From Patescibacteria group bacterium (GTDB taxonomy: Bacteria; Patescibacteriota; Patescibacteriia; Magasanikbacterales; UBA922): a DNA stretch of 53,887 nt. The translations under genes were made by a program, and so were the position numbers. Location: the NCBI GenBank assembly GCA_035290345.1, contig DATDUP010000006.1, forward strand, positions 1-53,887, written 5' to 3'. A model generated the notes under the pieces. That model searched no databases. It saw nothing but the letters and a program-made list of their open reading frames with translations, and was not told the DNA's origin. This document shows positions 33,408 to 42,214 of this stretch, one piece after another. Position 1 is the stretch's first letter. Each line of letters starts with the position of its first letter.

Positions 33408-34691
33408 ATGAAAACCGAGATTAAGACTCTTCCTAAATCCCAAATTCAACTCACTATTACTGTTTCTCCAGCTGATTACGAACCGTTTTTGGACAAAGCC
33501 GCTTCTCGTTTATCTCAAACCATGACCATTAAAGGATTCCGTCCTGGAAAGGCCCCTTTGGAAAAAATCAAACAGGCGGCCGGTGAAATGGCCATCCTTA
33601 ACGAAGCTTTAGAAGATATTGTGCAATCCTCTTTTTATGAATCTGTTCAAAAAGAAAAACTGGAAACCATTGGCATGCCTCAGATTAAGGTAGACAAGAT
33701 CGCTCCTGGCAATGATCTGGTTTACACGGCCACTGTCGCCACCCTCCCTCAAATAAAGCTCCCCGATCTAAAAAAGATTAAAGTGGAAAAAACAGTAAAA
33801 ACTATTGGGGAAAAAGATGTGGAGGAAACCATTAGTGCTCTACGCGGGATGCGGGCCCAAGAAATCTTGAAAGCTGGTCCGGCGGAATCAACCGACAAAC
33901 TGGTAATTGACATGGATATGTTTATCGACAAAGTCCCGGTGGATGGCGGACAAGCCAAGGACTACCAGGTCTATCTCAGCGAAAACCATTATATTCCTGG
34001 CTTCAATGACCAAGTCAAAGGCCTTTCTGCCAACGAAGAAAAGGAATTCAGCCTTGATTTTCCTCCTACCCACTATCAAAAAAACCTGGCTGGAAAAAAG
34101 GTGGACTTTAAAGTAAAAGTAAAAAGTGTTTTCGAACGCCAGCTCCCTGAACTAAACGAAGATCTGGCTAAAAAACTTGGGCAAGAGAGTGTGACCAAGC
34201 TTCAAGAGCTAGTACGTAATAATCTGCAAGAAGAAGCAAACCTGCGCAGTGAACAAAAATTGGAAGCGGAAATCCTGGACCAATTGATTGAAAAAACAGA
34301 GTTCAACGATCTACCAGATGTCTTGATCGATGCGGAAAGACAAAAAATGTATTACGAATTAAAAACCGACTTAGACAAACATGGCGTGGATATTACTGAC
34401 TATCTACGTGATTTGAAAAAAACCCCCGAACAAATGTATGAGGACTTCCGGACGCAAGCGGAAAAACGCGCTCGTGCCGCCCTGCTCTCCCGCCAAATAG
34501 CCGAAGAAAACAATCTGGATGTGCCCAAAGAGGAATTGGAAAAAGAAATAAAGGGCATGGAAGAAATCTATAAAGATAACCCCGAATATCTGGAACGACT
34601 GAAACGAACCGAAGTAAAAAGTGTAATCGCCTCCACCTTACAGAATCGTAAGGTAATGGACTGGCTGAAGAAACAACTCATCAGTCAATAA
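33408..34691 (+). CDS. tig: trigger factor
   Basis: 427 aa. N-terminal KGFRPGKAPLEKIK ribosome-binding signature, a central FKBP-like region and a helical C-terminus. Confidence 0.9.
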   Translation: MKTEIKTLPKSQIQLTITVSPADYEPFLDKAASRLSQTMTIKGFRPGKAPLEKIKQAAGEMAILNEALEDIVQSSFYESVQKEKLETIGMPQIKVDKIAPGNDLVYTATVATLPQIKLPDLKKIKVEKTVKTIGEKDVEETISALRGMRAQEILKAGPAESTDKLVIDMDMFIDKVPVDGGQAKDYQVYLSENHYIPGFNDQVKGLSANEEKEFSLDFPPTHYQKNLAGKKVDFKVKVKSVFERQLPELNEDLAKKLGQESVTKLQELVRNNLQEEANLRSEQKLEAEILDQLIEKTEFNDLPDVLIDAERQKMYYELKTDLDKHGVDITDYLRDLKKTPEQMYEDFRTQAEKRARAALLSRQIAEENNLDVPKEELEKEIKGMEEIYKDNPEYLERLKRTEVKSVIASTLQNRKVMDWLKKQLISQ

Positions 34692-34709
34692 GTACTCTCT
34701 GTACCACCC

Positions 34710-34736
34710 ACACCCTCATTTGAGGGTGTTTTATTT
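34710..34736 (+). terminator. intrinsic terminator after tig
   Basis: ACACCCTCA (34710-34718) pairs with TGAGGGTGT (34721-34729), followed by TTTATTT. Confidence 0.7.
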
Positions 34737-34777
34737 AACCCAAAAATCAGTTATACTACGGCCACACTATTTTTTCT

Positions 34778-35560
34778 ATGATATCTCCAGAATTAAAAGC
34801 CTGTCTCAACCTGCTCCGTCAAACTAATAAGTTATTAAAAAAAAGATTTTCTGAAAATGCCGCCCGCAGCATTTCTTTTAAATCTCACAAGGAAATTGTC
34901 ACGCCCACGGACATCGAGGTCAACCAGTTCATTACCAAAAAACTTTTAGCCTCTTTCCCTGATGACGACATCGTCAGCGAAGAAGCGGAGTTTATTGATC
35001 GACCCGGATCCCGACGCTGGCACCTGGACCCTCTTGACGGCACCACCAATTTTGCCTACGGATTACCTTTGTTTGCCACCTGTCTGGGCTTGGAGAATAA
35101 ATCGGGAATATTCCTAGGGGCCATCGGCCTACCCTTAACCGACGAAATTTATTACGCTGAAAAAGGACGCGGAGGATTTTTAAATGGTAAAAGAATTTCT
35201 GTTTCCAAGACCAAAGAAATAAAGGCTGCCCTAATGCTGATCTGCCGCGGACATTCCCCAGCCGGAAAAAAACGATTTAAGTGTCTGTTAAAAAAATTTA
35301 ATCTGGGCGCTGGGCGCTGGCGCATCTTATCTTCTGCTGGTATTGAATTGGCGGCTGTGGCCAGCGGCAAAGCAGACGCCTGTCTATTATCCAATGTTAA
35401 TTCTTGGGATGTCGCTGCCGGTGTCATCCTTATCCGCGAAGCGGGTGGGCGAGTAACAAATTTTCAAGGAAAACACTGGCAAGTCGGAGACAACACTCTC
35501 CTGGCCTCCAACGGCCGTATCCACCACGCCATTATTACGAAAACAAAAAACATTTACTAA
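34778..35560 (+). CDS. inositol monophosphatase family protein (SuhB/CysQ-like)
   Basis: WHLDPLDGTTNFAYGLP and WDVAAGVILIREAGG are the IMPase signatures. Confidence 0.85.
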   Translation: MISPELKACLNLLRQTNKLLKKRFSENAARSISFKSHKEIVTPTDIEVNQFITKKLLASFPDDDIVSEEAEFIDRPGSRRWHLDPLDGTTNFAYGLPLFATCLGLENKSGIFLGAIGLPLTDEIYYAEKGRGGFLNGKRISVSKTKEIKAALMLICRGHSPAGKKRFKCLLKKFNLGAGRWRILSSAGIELAAVASGKADACLLSNVNSWDVAAGVILIREAGGRVTNFQGKHWQVGDNTLLASNGRIHHAIITKTKNIY

Positions 35561-35564
35561 GCAT

Positions 35565-35789
35565 ATGCATCGAATCAAGGTCTGGGTCACACCTCGGGCC
35601 AAAGAATCGTCTTTGCTAGAAATAAACGACGGTGGTGTCTGGCGGATAAAAATAAAAGCCCCTCCGGCCGAAGGAGAAGCTAACAAAGAATTGCTCCAAT
35701 TTTTAAGTCGCCACCTCCAAATTCCAATTTCACGAATCAGAATCGTTCATGGTTTTAAAAGTCGCCACAAAACCGTTGAGGTTGATTAA
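35565..35789 (+). CDS. DUF167/YggU family protein
   Basis: 74 aa. VWVTPRAKESSL...IKIKAPPAEGEANKELLQFLS is the typical YggU pattern. Confidence 0.75.
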   Translation: MHRIKVWVTPRAKESSLLEINDGGVWRIKIKAPPAEGEANKELLQFLSRHLQIPISRIRIVHGFKSRHKTVEVD

Positions 35790-36043
35790 TGCGGCAGGTC
35801 CACCCCCCCCTTACTCCAGGGATTGCAGCGTAAAATTCTATACCCTGCCTTGAGGCTTCCAACTAACAAGCCTCTTTTGACAATCACTTCCTTGGCATAT
35901 TGGCTACAAGAAGGATAAAAGCGGCAATAACCATGGGGGAACCTACTCCGAAACCAACCATGATCTGGAGAAATTGTTTTTTGATATAACCAAATCAAAC
36001 ATAGAATAAAAAACTGAAGAATCTTGATCGGGTTGAACCTCAT
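35786..36043 (-). CDS. yidD: membrane protein insertion efficiency factor YidD
   Basis: CRFYPSCSQYAKEVIVKRGLLVGSLKAGYRILRCNPWSKGGVDLP. There is a 4-nt ATGA overlap with rnpA. Confidence 0.9.
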   Translation of the reverse strand: MRFNPIKILQFFILCLIWLYQKTISPDHGWFRSRFPHGYCRFYPSCSQYAKEVIVKRGLLVGSLKAGYRILRCNPWSKGGVDLPH

Positions 36044-36414
36044 ATGATCTTGGCCCGTTGTAAAAGGGCCACCATTTGTTTTTCTATATCTGTATACTCC
36101 AATTTCGCTGATCCGGCTTGGGCGATAAAAGCGAGATGATAACCCCCAACCACCTTTTTTTCTTGTAACAATAGACGAACCACTTCCCGCATTTGCCTTT
36201 TTAAACGGTTTCTTACCACCGCTCGTTTATCTATTTTTTTGCTAACCAAAAAACCAATCCTTAAATCTTTGATTGAATACTTGCGCCGCGGATACTTGTC
36301 TGGTTCTAGACGCCAATATTTTAAACTAAAATTTTTCTGCGGCAAATACTGCCCAGCTTCAAATAAAATAGCATAGTCTTTCATGCGCGTCAGACGGTTT
36401 TCTTTGGGTAGCAT
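36040..36414 (-). CDS. rnpA: ribonuclease P protein component
   Basis: MLPKENRLTRMKDY...FLVSKKIDKRAVVRNRLKRQMREV is the RnpA motif. I chose the internal ATG at 36414 because the first 34 codons of the track ORF overlap rpmH out of frame. Confidence 0.85.
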   Translation of the reverse strand: MLPKENRLTRMKDYAILFEAGQYLPQKNFSLKYWRLEPDKYPRRKYSIKDLRIGFLVSKKIDKRAVVRNRLKRQMREVVRLLLQEKKVVGGYHLAFIAQAGSAKLEYTDIEKQMVALLQRAKII

Positions 36415-36475
36415 AATGTTTATTAATCTCCCTAAGTATAACAAAAAGAGCCTCGCTTTGGCGAGACTCTTTGAT

Positions 36476-36652
36476 TTATCTTGTTTTTCTGGTTCGCTTG
36501 CCTTTGCGTTCATCACTGACCGTCAATTTCTTTCGGCCTTTGGCCCGGCGGGTCTTTAAGACTCGACGACCGGTTTTACTTTTCATTCGTTTACGAAAAC
36601 CATGGGCCTTGGCTCTTTTTCTCTTTTTTGGCTGATATGTTCTTTTGGGCAT
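36476..36652 (-). CDS. rpmH: 50S ribosomal protein L34 with a 13-aa basic C-terminal extension
   Basis: Hand translation gives [58 protein letters not shown]. At 58 aa it falls below the ORF-track length cut-off. Confidence 0.85.
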   Translation of the reverse strand: MPKRTYQPKKRKRAKAHGFRKRMKSKTGRRVLKTRRAKGRKKLTVSDERKGKRTRKTR

Positions 36653-36675
36653 ACAAATAATTATTGATGTCCCTC

Positions 36676-36704
36676 AGTTTATTATTTCCCGCAACTTTTG
36701 TCAA
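36676..36704 (-). promoter_or_regulatory. sigma70-type promoter for rpmH-rnpA-yidD
   Basis: On the - strand, TTGACA (rc of 36699-36704), a 17-nt spacer, then TAAACT (rc of 36676-36681). It lies immediately after the stop of the upstream 600-aa gene. Confidence 0.55.
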
Positions 36705-36706
36705 GT

Positions 36707-38509
36707 TTACACCGGCAACATGATTGTCACTGACTGATTTCCAGACTGGATGAAACTTCCATCTGAAAAATAAGCCTTGCCATAATAAGTATAGGATTCA
36801 TCACCCTTAAATGTGCCAGGGAAATTCGTCCTAAGCATGTTCGCTACGCTGGAATAAGCACAAACTTCCTGCTGATGACAGACACTAGCTACCAGACCAT
36901 TAATATACACATAAGTCCGCATCAGTTGTTTGTCTTCCGGATTAACCGTTGTCGTAAAAGTCACCACTTCATTCCCCATGTATAGATTACTTTTTTGCAC
37001 GGGATCAAAGTGTACACTAATGGTTGGATCCTTAGGAACCGCTTTAATCGACAGCATAACCGGAGTCGTCACCTTATAACTACCATCAGTAAAGAAAATG
37101 GCTGCTTTATATTCTATCTCTGAACCAGCAAAAGCCGGATAGGGACCACCAATATAATAACAACTTAGGGTGTCACAAGTTTTGACCACTGGTCCGTTAA
37201 TATAGATGTTGATGTGATGAAACTCTTTGCTCCCGGCAGTTCCGGTGGCCAAGAAAGTAACTGTATCTGATTCTTGGACATAGACCTTGTCAGGGACAAC
37301 AGAAATAGTTGGCTCTACATATTCTGGCTGGGCTGGAGTCGGTGGTGGATTGTTGTCACCGCTTGGAAGGGGGTTGACTGCTACTGTTGAATAACCCGTG
37401 GTCAACCAAGTGCCACTTTTGAAGTAGGCAGTGGCTGCATAATTTATCTGACTACCAGCGTATTCAGTATAAGGGCCACCAAGATAAACACATTCTAATG
37501 AAGAACAGCTCTTCACTAATTTTTTGTTGACAATAATCTCCACATAGCTAAATTCCTCGCTCCCACTGTTTACTTTGGCGGTCAATAGCACCTGCTCTGT
37601 CGCACCAATCACTTGTTTATTCGGACTAACAGAGACTTTTGGAGCGTTATAGGTTTGGGTCTGTTCAGGGACAACTTGGAAACTGCTATTCACTGTCAGC
37701 TTTTCGCCATTCTCCGCGGTTAAAATATATTTATAACTTACCGTACCAATTTGACCCACTGTCATTGGCCCGAAAACCGCGCCACAAACCAAGGACTTCA
37801 CACAAGTATGAAACACCTTGCCTCCATAAATCACCTGAATCTTACTCAAAGCCACTTTGTCTTTTGCGTAGATGGTAGTAGTAAACAACTCTCCCACTTC
37901 CACTTCTGAACCAGAAGTAATTATCTTTTCATATTCAGGCAAAGGTTGAGTTTTAGTGGTAGTGTCTGTTGCTTTAGGAACAGTCGGACTTGTTTTTTGA
38001 GTAGTCGTACCGGAGGTGGTCGTGGTCTTAGAAGTTTCCTGGGTACCAGACTCTTCTGTCTCTACTGCGCTCTCCTCATCCAAAACCTCAAATTCACCTC
38101 GTTCACCAGAGATAACACCCTTGTCATCAAATACTGAAACAGAAAAATTGTGGTCACCAACATCCTCTTTTTCATATGGACCGGACTTGGCCTGACAAAT
38201 CTCATCTTTTTCTGTACAAGTGGTAATTAGTTCACCATCAATATAAATTTTTACCTCTTTGGCGTCTTCTATAGCCGCAGGATTAATGATGATGGTAAAA
38301 ATTTCTCCAATCTTTATGGCCTTATTACTAGTAAACACTAACTTTGCTTTCTCCTCTGCCTCTTCCTCTGTCGTATCCTGATGCCAAATACCTTGGGAGA
38401 TTTTTTCCCAATTTTGGCTAAGTAGAGCCCAAAATATAGATGTCAGAATTATCACTGACAAGGCCCCGATACTTATCAACAGGGCTAATGGTTTGTTTTT
38501 GAAAAACAT
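36707..38509 (-). CDS. membrane-anchored surface protein with five tandem ~100-aa beta-rich repeats, each carrying a Cys pair
   Basis: N-terminal TM helix followed by the repeats. Repeats 1-2: IYIDGELITTCTEKDEICQAKSGPY and VIYGGKVFHTCVKSLVCGAVFGP. Repeats 3-4: IIVNKKLVKSCSSLECVYLGGPY and IYINGPVVKTCDTLSCYYIGGPY. Repeat 5: VYINGLVASVCHQQEVCAYSS. Thr/Pro-rich linkers join them. Confidence 0.7.
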   Translation of the reverse strand: MFFKNKPLALLISIGALSVIILTSIFWALLSQNWEKISQGIWHQDTTEEEAEEKAKLVFTSNKAIKIGEIFTIIINPAAIEDAKEVKIYIDGELITTCTEKDEICQAKSGPYEKEDVGDHNFSVSVFDDKGVISGERGEFEVLDEESAVETEESGTQETSKTTTTSGTTTQKTSPTVPKATDTTTKTQPLPEYEKIITSGSEVEVGELFTTTIYAKDKVALSKIQVIYGGKVFHTCVKSLVCGAVFGPMTVGQIGTVSYKYILTAENGEKLTVNSSFQVVPEQTQTYNAPKVSVSPNKQVIGATEQVLLTAKVNSGSEEFSYVEIIVNKKLVKSCSSLECVYLGGPYTEYAGSQINYAATAYFKSGTWLTTGYSTVAVNPLPSGDNNPPPTPAQPEYVEPTISVVPDKVYVQESDTVTFLATGTAGSKEFHHINIYINGPVVKTCDTLSCYYIGGPYPAFAGSEIEYKAAIFFTDGSYKVTTPVMLSIKAVPKDPTISVHFDPVQKSNLYMGNEVVTFTTTVNPEDKQLMRTYVYINGLVASVCHQQEVCAYSSVANMLRTNFPGTFKGDESYTYYGKAYFSDGSFIQSGNQSVTIMLPV

Positions 38510-38545
38510 ACCTGTCTTTTTTAAAAAAATGGCTTATTTTACACA

Positions 38546-38640
38546 AAAAATTATACCAAAAAAACAAACTTTTGTCAAAAATTATACCAAAACCCGAAAG
38601 AATGGCTAACCTTATCCCCACCATCCACAGTTTGTCCCCA
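38546..38640. promoter_or_regulatory. dnaA upstream region with a direct repeat and DnaA-box-like sites
   Basis: The 16-nt direct repeat aaaaattataccaaaa occurs at 38546-38561 and 38577-38592, 31 nt apart. ttatcccca (38612-38620) has 1 mismatch to TTATCCACA. The adjacent ccatccaca (38621-38629) has 2 mismatches. Confidence 0.45.
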
Positions 38641-38727
38641 AATTATTCAGTTCTTAGCTAAAATATGCGTTTTTTCTTTCTGATAATTATGATAGAATAG
38701 GCCTGAACTTAATTTTTCCCTTTTATT

Positions 38728-40107
38728 ATGACCAATCATGAGATCTGGCAAGCTGTTCTGGCGGAATTTGAATTAGCCCTTTCTAAGGCCAATTTTACCA
38801 CTTGGTTTAAAAGTACAGGTGTGGCTAGTTTAGAAAGCGGCCAGGCCACCATTTGCGTACCTAATGCTTTTACCAAGAGTTGGTTAGAAAAAAAATATCA
38901 CCAAGACATTGTAAAAAGCCTGGAAAGGGTGACCAACAAGCCAATAAAACGGGTAGATTACCGAGTGGAGAATATTAAAAATATCGAAGAACACGAGTGC
39001 TCTCTTTCTCCTCAACCAACCGTTTCTACTGCCGCCACCCCAATCTATTCTGAACAACAGAAAACTCTCGCCACCCGTTTTGGCCTCAGCCCCAAATATA
39101 TTTTCAGTACTTTCATTGTTGGTAAAGGCAATGAATTGGCTCATGCTGCGGCCCAAGCTGTTGTTTCTAAACCTGGGGAGGCCTACAACCCTCTTTTCAT
39201 CTATGGCGGAGTGGGTCTGGGCAAAACCCACCTGCTTCAGGCCATTGGCAATGCCATGTTAGAGACCAATCCAAATACGAAAATCGTTTACGTCAGTTCT
39301 GAAAAATTTACCAATGAATTTGTAGCTGCAATCAAAGAAGGTCGAGGGAAGGAGTTTAAGGATCGGTATCGAAACACCGATCTACTTTTAATCGATGATA
39401 TCCAGTTTATTGGCGGAAAAGAACAAACTCAAGAAGAATTCTTTCATACCTTTAACGAGCTCCACCAACAAGGAAAACAAGTAGTGATGACGTCTGATCG
39501 TCCGCCCAAGGCTATTCCGGCCTTAGAAGATCGACTAAGAAGCCGATTTGAGTGGGGAATGATAGCTGACATTTCTTCACCTGATTTGGAAACAAGAGTG
39601 GCCATCCTTCAGGCTAAGTGTCAAGAAAAAAAGTTTCCTCTGGCCATTGATGTGGTTCAAATGATCGCCACCAGCGTCCAAAGCAATATCCGCGAATTAG
39701 AGGGGGCATTAAACAAAGTAATCGCCATCCATCAATTAAAAAACACACCTCCGAGCAAGGAAAGCGTTCGTTCTATCTTGTCCACCCTGGAGAGCCAGGC
39801 TATGAAACGCTCCATCACAGCCAAAGATATTATCAATATAATCTCTGAGTTCTACGGTGTCCAAATTGATGATATCATCGGTAAAAGCCGAGAAAAAAGA
39901 TTGGCTATGCCCCGTCAAATTATTATGTATTTATTAAGAGAAGACTTAAAAATGTCCTATCCGGCCATCGGCCAAGAATTGGGTGGGCGCGATCACACCA
40001 CCGCCATGCACGCTCACACTAAAATTGGAGTAGAAATTGAAAACGATCCTAAGTTAAAACAAGAGATTGATTCCATCAAACAAAGACTGTATGTTAATAA
40101 TCTGTGA
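38728..40107 (+). CDS. dnaA: chromosomal replication initiator protein DnaA
   Basis: 459 aa. Walker A GGVGLGKTHLL, LLLIDDIQF, RSRFEWG and the C-terminal DNA-binding region ...IGQELGGRDHTTAMHA. Confidence 0.97.
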   Translation: MTNHEIWQAVLAEFELALSKANFTTWFKSTGVASLESGQATICVPNAFTKSWLEKKYHQDIVKSLERVTNKPIKRVDYRVENIKNIEEHECSLSPQPTVSTAATPIYSEQQKTLATRFGLSPKYIFSTFIVGKGNELAHAAAQAVVSKPGEAYNPLFIYGGVGLGKTHLLQAIGNAMLETNPNTKIVYVSSEKFTNEFVAAIKEGRGKEFKDRYRNTDLLLIDDIQFIGGKEQTQEEFFHTFNELHQQGKQVVMTSDRPPKAIPALEDRLRSRFEWGMIADISSPDLETRVAILQAKCQEKKFPLAIDVVQMIATSVQSNIRELEGALNKVIAIHQLKNTPPSKESVRSILSTLESQAMKRSITAKDIINIISEFYGVQIDDIIGKSREKRLAMPRQIIMYLLREDLKMSYPAIGQELGGRDHTTAMHAHTKIGVEIENDPKLKQEIDSIKQRLYVNNL

Positions 40108-40356
40108 TTATCCTTTGTTCCAGGTCTGATAAGTTGTTGATTAAGCCTCTGAAAAATGTAATATACTTGTTTATATCTAGAACCACTTATCAACACCTTT
40201 TAAAACAAAACTGTCTTTTTCCCCAGCGCCCCACTTTCATCCCCTTTTCCCTGTTAACTCTTTTTAATCTAAATCTAGCCTAATTCTCCACTTTTCCCCT
40301 CTATCCACTTCTCTATTACTATTATTAATTTAATATATTAAATATAAAGCAAGAAT
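40108..40356. promoter_or_regulatory. candidate oriC (dnaA-dnaN intergenic region with DnaA-box-like sites and an AT-rich unwinding tract)
   Basis: ttatcaaca (40187-40195) has 1 mismatch. ttctccact (40284-40292) and ctatccact (40301-40309) have 2 mismatches each. An almost pure A/T tract, attactattattaatttaatatattaaatataaag, runs to about 40349. Confidence 0.5.
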
Positions 40357-41484
40357 ATGAGATTTATATGCACAAAGGAAAACTTGTCATATACCTTGGA
40401 CTTGGTGAGTGGAGTAGCAAGCAAACAAGCCAACCTCCCCATCTTGTTAAATATATATATTAAAGCCGAAGAATCCGGAGTAAGATTATCAGCCACAAAT
40501 TTGGAGGTGGCGATTCGGGCTAATCTTCGGGCCAAGGTGGAACGAACCGGGACATTTACCATTCCTGCCAAAACCTTAACCGATTTTGTTCATTTGTTGC
40601 CAGAAGAACAGGTGGAGTTGGAGTTAGAGGGTAATGAATTAAAAATAAATTGTGGGACATCGTCTACCAAAATAAAGGGGATGCCGGCGGATGAATATCC
40701 GGTTGTGCCAGAAGTAGAAGAAAATCATGCTTATGCAATTAAAGTTGATGATTTGAAAAAAGGTTTGAGTCAGGTGGTTATGGCGGTGGCCAAAAATGAG
40801 ATTAGGCCAGAATTGGCCGGGGTCTATCTTGGTTTCTTTACTGACCGCTTCCCCGGACTCATCCTTGCTGCCACTGATTCCTATCGTTTGGCCGAAAAGA
40901 AGTTGGAAGTGGCGCAGGGAAAAGATGAGGTGCGTTGTATTCTTCCGGCTCGGGCCGTTTACGAGATGATTCGTCTTTTGGGATTGGGGAATGGTAAACA
41001 AGGTGAATCCCAGGCCAGATTGTGGGTGAGCGATAATCAGCTAGCGCTTCGCTATGATGATTTTGAAATGACCTCCCGGCTCATTGATGGTAAGTATCCG
41101 GAATATTCTCAGATTATTCCTGATAAATTTAAGACCACCGCTATTCTTTCGTTGGAGGAGGTGGTTAAGAAAATAAAAGCCGCGAGTCTGTTTACCACGA
41201 CCGGTGTAAACGCTGTTTCTTTTGATATTAATGCTGGTCAGGGTACGTTGAATATCTCTTCTACAAATACTCAAACCGGGGAGCATGCTTCGGAGATTGA
41301 TGCTGATATTACGGGTGAAGAAAATTCCATTTTATTAAACCATCGCTATGTGTTGGATGGATTGCAAAATATGGATGATGATCGGGTTGGCTTTATGGTA
41401 AACAGCGGTGATTCACCCTGTTTGTTTAAGTCTCAAAAAGACGGGGACAGCTTTTTGTACATTGTCATGCCCATTAGGCAATAG
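40357..41484 (+). CDS. dnaN: DNA polymerase III beta sliding clamp
   Basis: 375 aa starting MRFICTKENL...ANLPILLNIYIKAEE...RLSATNLEVAI. It has the typical three-domain length and lies immediately after dnaA. Confidence 0.93.
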   Translation: MRFICTKENLSYTLDLVSGVASKQANLPILLNIYIKAEESGVRLSATNLEVAIRANLRAKVERTGTFTIPAKTLTDFVHLLPEEQVELELEGNELKINCGTSSTKIKGMPADEYPVVPEVEENHAYAIKVDDLKKGLSQVVMAVAKNEIRPELAGVYLGFFTDRFPGLILAATDSYRLAEKKLEVAQGKDEVRCILPARAVYEMIRLLGLGNGKQGESQARLWVSDNQLALRYDDFEMTSRLIDGKYPEYSQIIPDKFKTTAILSLEEVVKKIKAASLFTTTGVNAVSFDINAGQGTLNISSTNTQTGEHASEIDADITGEENSILLNHRYVLDGLQNMDDDRVGFMVNSGDSPCLFKSQKDGDSFLYIVMPIRQ

Positions 41485-41508
41485 GCCATAAGATAAAATA
41501 AACAAAAG

Positions 41509-41534
41509 CCACCTGTTTAAAGGGTGGTTTTTTT
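41509..41534 (+). terminator. intrinsic terminator after dnaN
   Basis: CCACC (41509-41513) and GGTGG (41523-41527) flank a 9-nt loop, followed by TTTTTTTG. Confidence 0.55.
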
Positions 41535-41580
41535 GTTTTAAAAAAGGGGGTAAGGCGGGAGGAAGGAGGTCTTGGGGGGA

Positions 41581-42123
41581 TTAGGGCGGGTCCTCAAATG
41601 GTAGGATGGTCATCTGGTAGCGTTGGGCAAATTCCAGTTCGCGGTTCACCCCGGCCGAACCAGCCAAGTCTTCTGTGAAGTACACAAAAGCTTTTTGGCG
41701 TAGGCGCATGAGAGTCAGGATGAAGAACCAGAAGTAGAGATAGCCCGTGCCATTCCAGAGCCAGGAAAGGAATTGTCCCCCCTGGTTGGGGTTGAGGACA
41801 GGGGTGCCGGTGGTCTCGACATACTTCTGTCTTTGTCTCGCCAGATTAAGGTTGCTGGCTTTGTCCCAACCCTTGTCTTTGTTGGGGGCGATTCTTGTGG
41901 ACAGGTATGCCCTCTTAGTCAGGGCGAGAAAGATCTGTTTCCAGACCCAGGGTGTACTGAGCACCAAACCCAGAATGAACCGTCCATGCCACAACGGGCG
42001 GTAGGAGCCATTGGCTCCGATGATGGAAAATGCCTGCTCCTTTTTGGCGATAGCCAGAATGATGAAACCCAGAACAAATTGAGTGCAGCCGACCAAAAGG
42101 ATGAGGATAGTGAGATAGACCAT
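41581..42123 (-). CDS. hypothetical membrane protein
   Basis: 180 aa with about 4 hydrophobic helices. I recognise no motif. Confidence 0.5.
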   Translation of the reverse strand: MVYLTILILLVGCTQFVLGFIILAIAKKEQAFSIIGANGSYRPLWHGRFILGLVLSTPWVWKQIFLALTKRAYLSTRIAPNKDKGWDKASNLNLARQRQKYVETTGTPVLNPNQGGQFLSWLWNGTGYLYFWFFILTLMRLRQKAFVYFTEDLAGSAGVNRELEFAQRYQMTILPFEDPP

Positions 42124-42214
42124 TTCTTCCTCCGCGCAATTGAAAGAACTGAAAGAACCGTGAGAATTGTATCACACCAGTATTTTCTGTAAATGTTTTT
42201 AGTGTTATTGCCCC

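Noticed and set aside
36415-36516. The long N-terminal extension of the track rnpA ORF ([17 protein letters not shown]...)
   Set aside because: This stretch is the 3' part of rpmH read in another frame, and the canonical RnpA N-terminus starts at the internal ATG at 36414.
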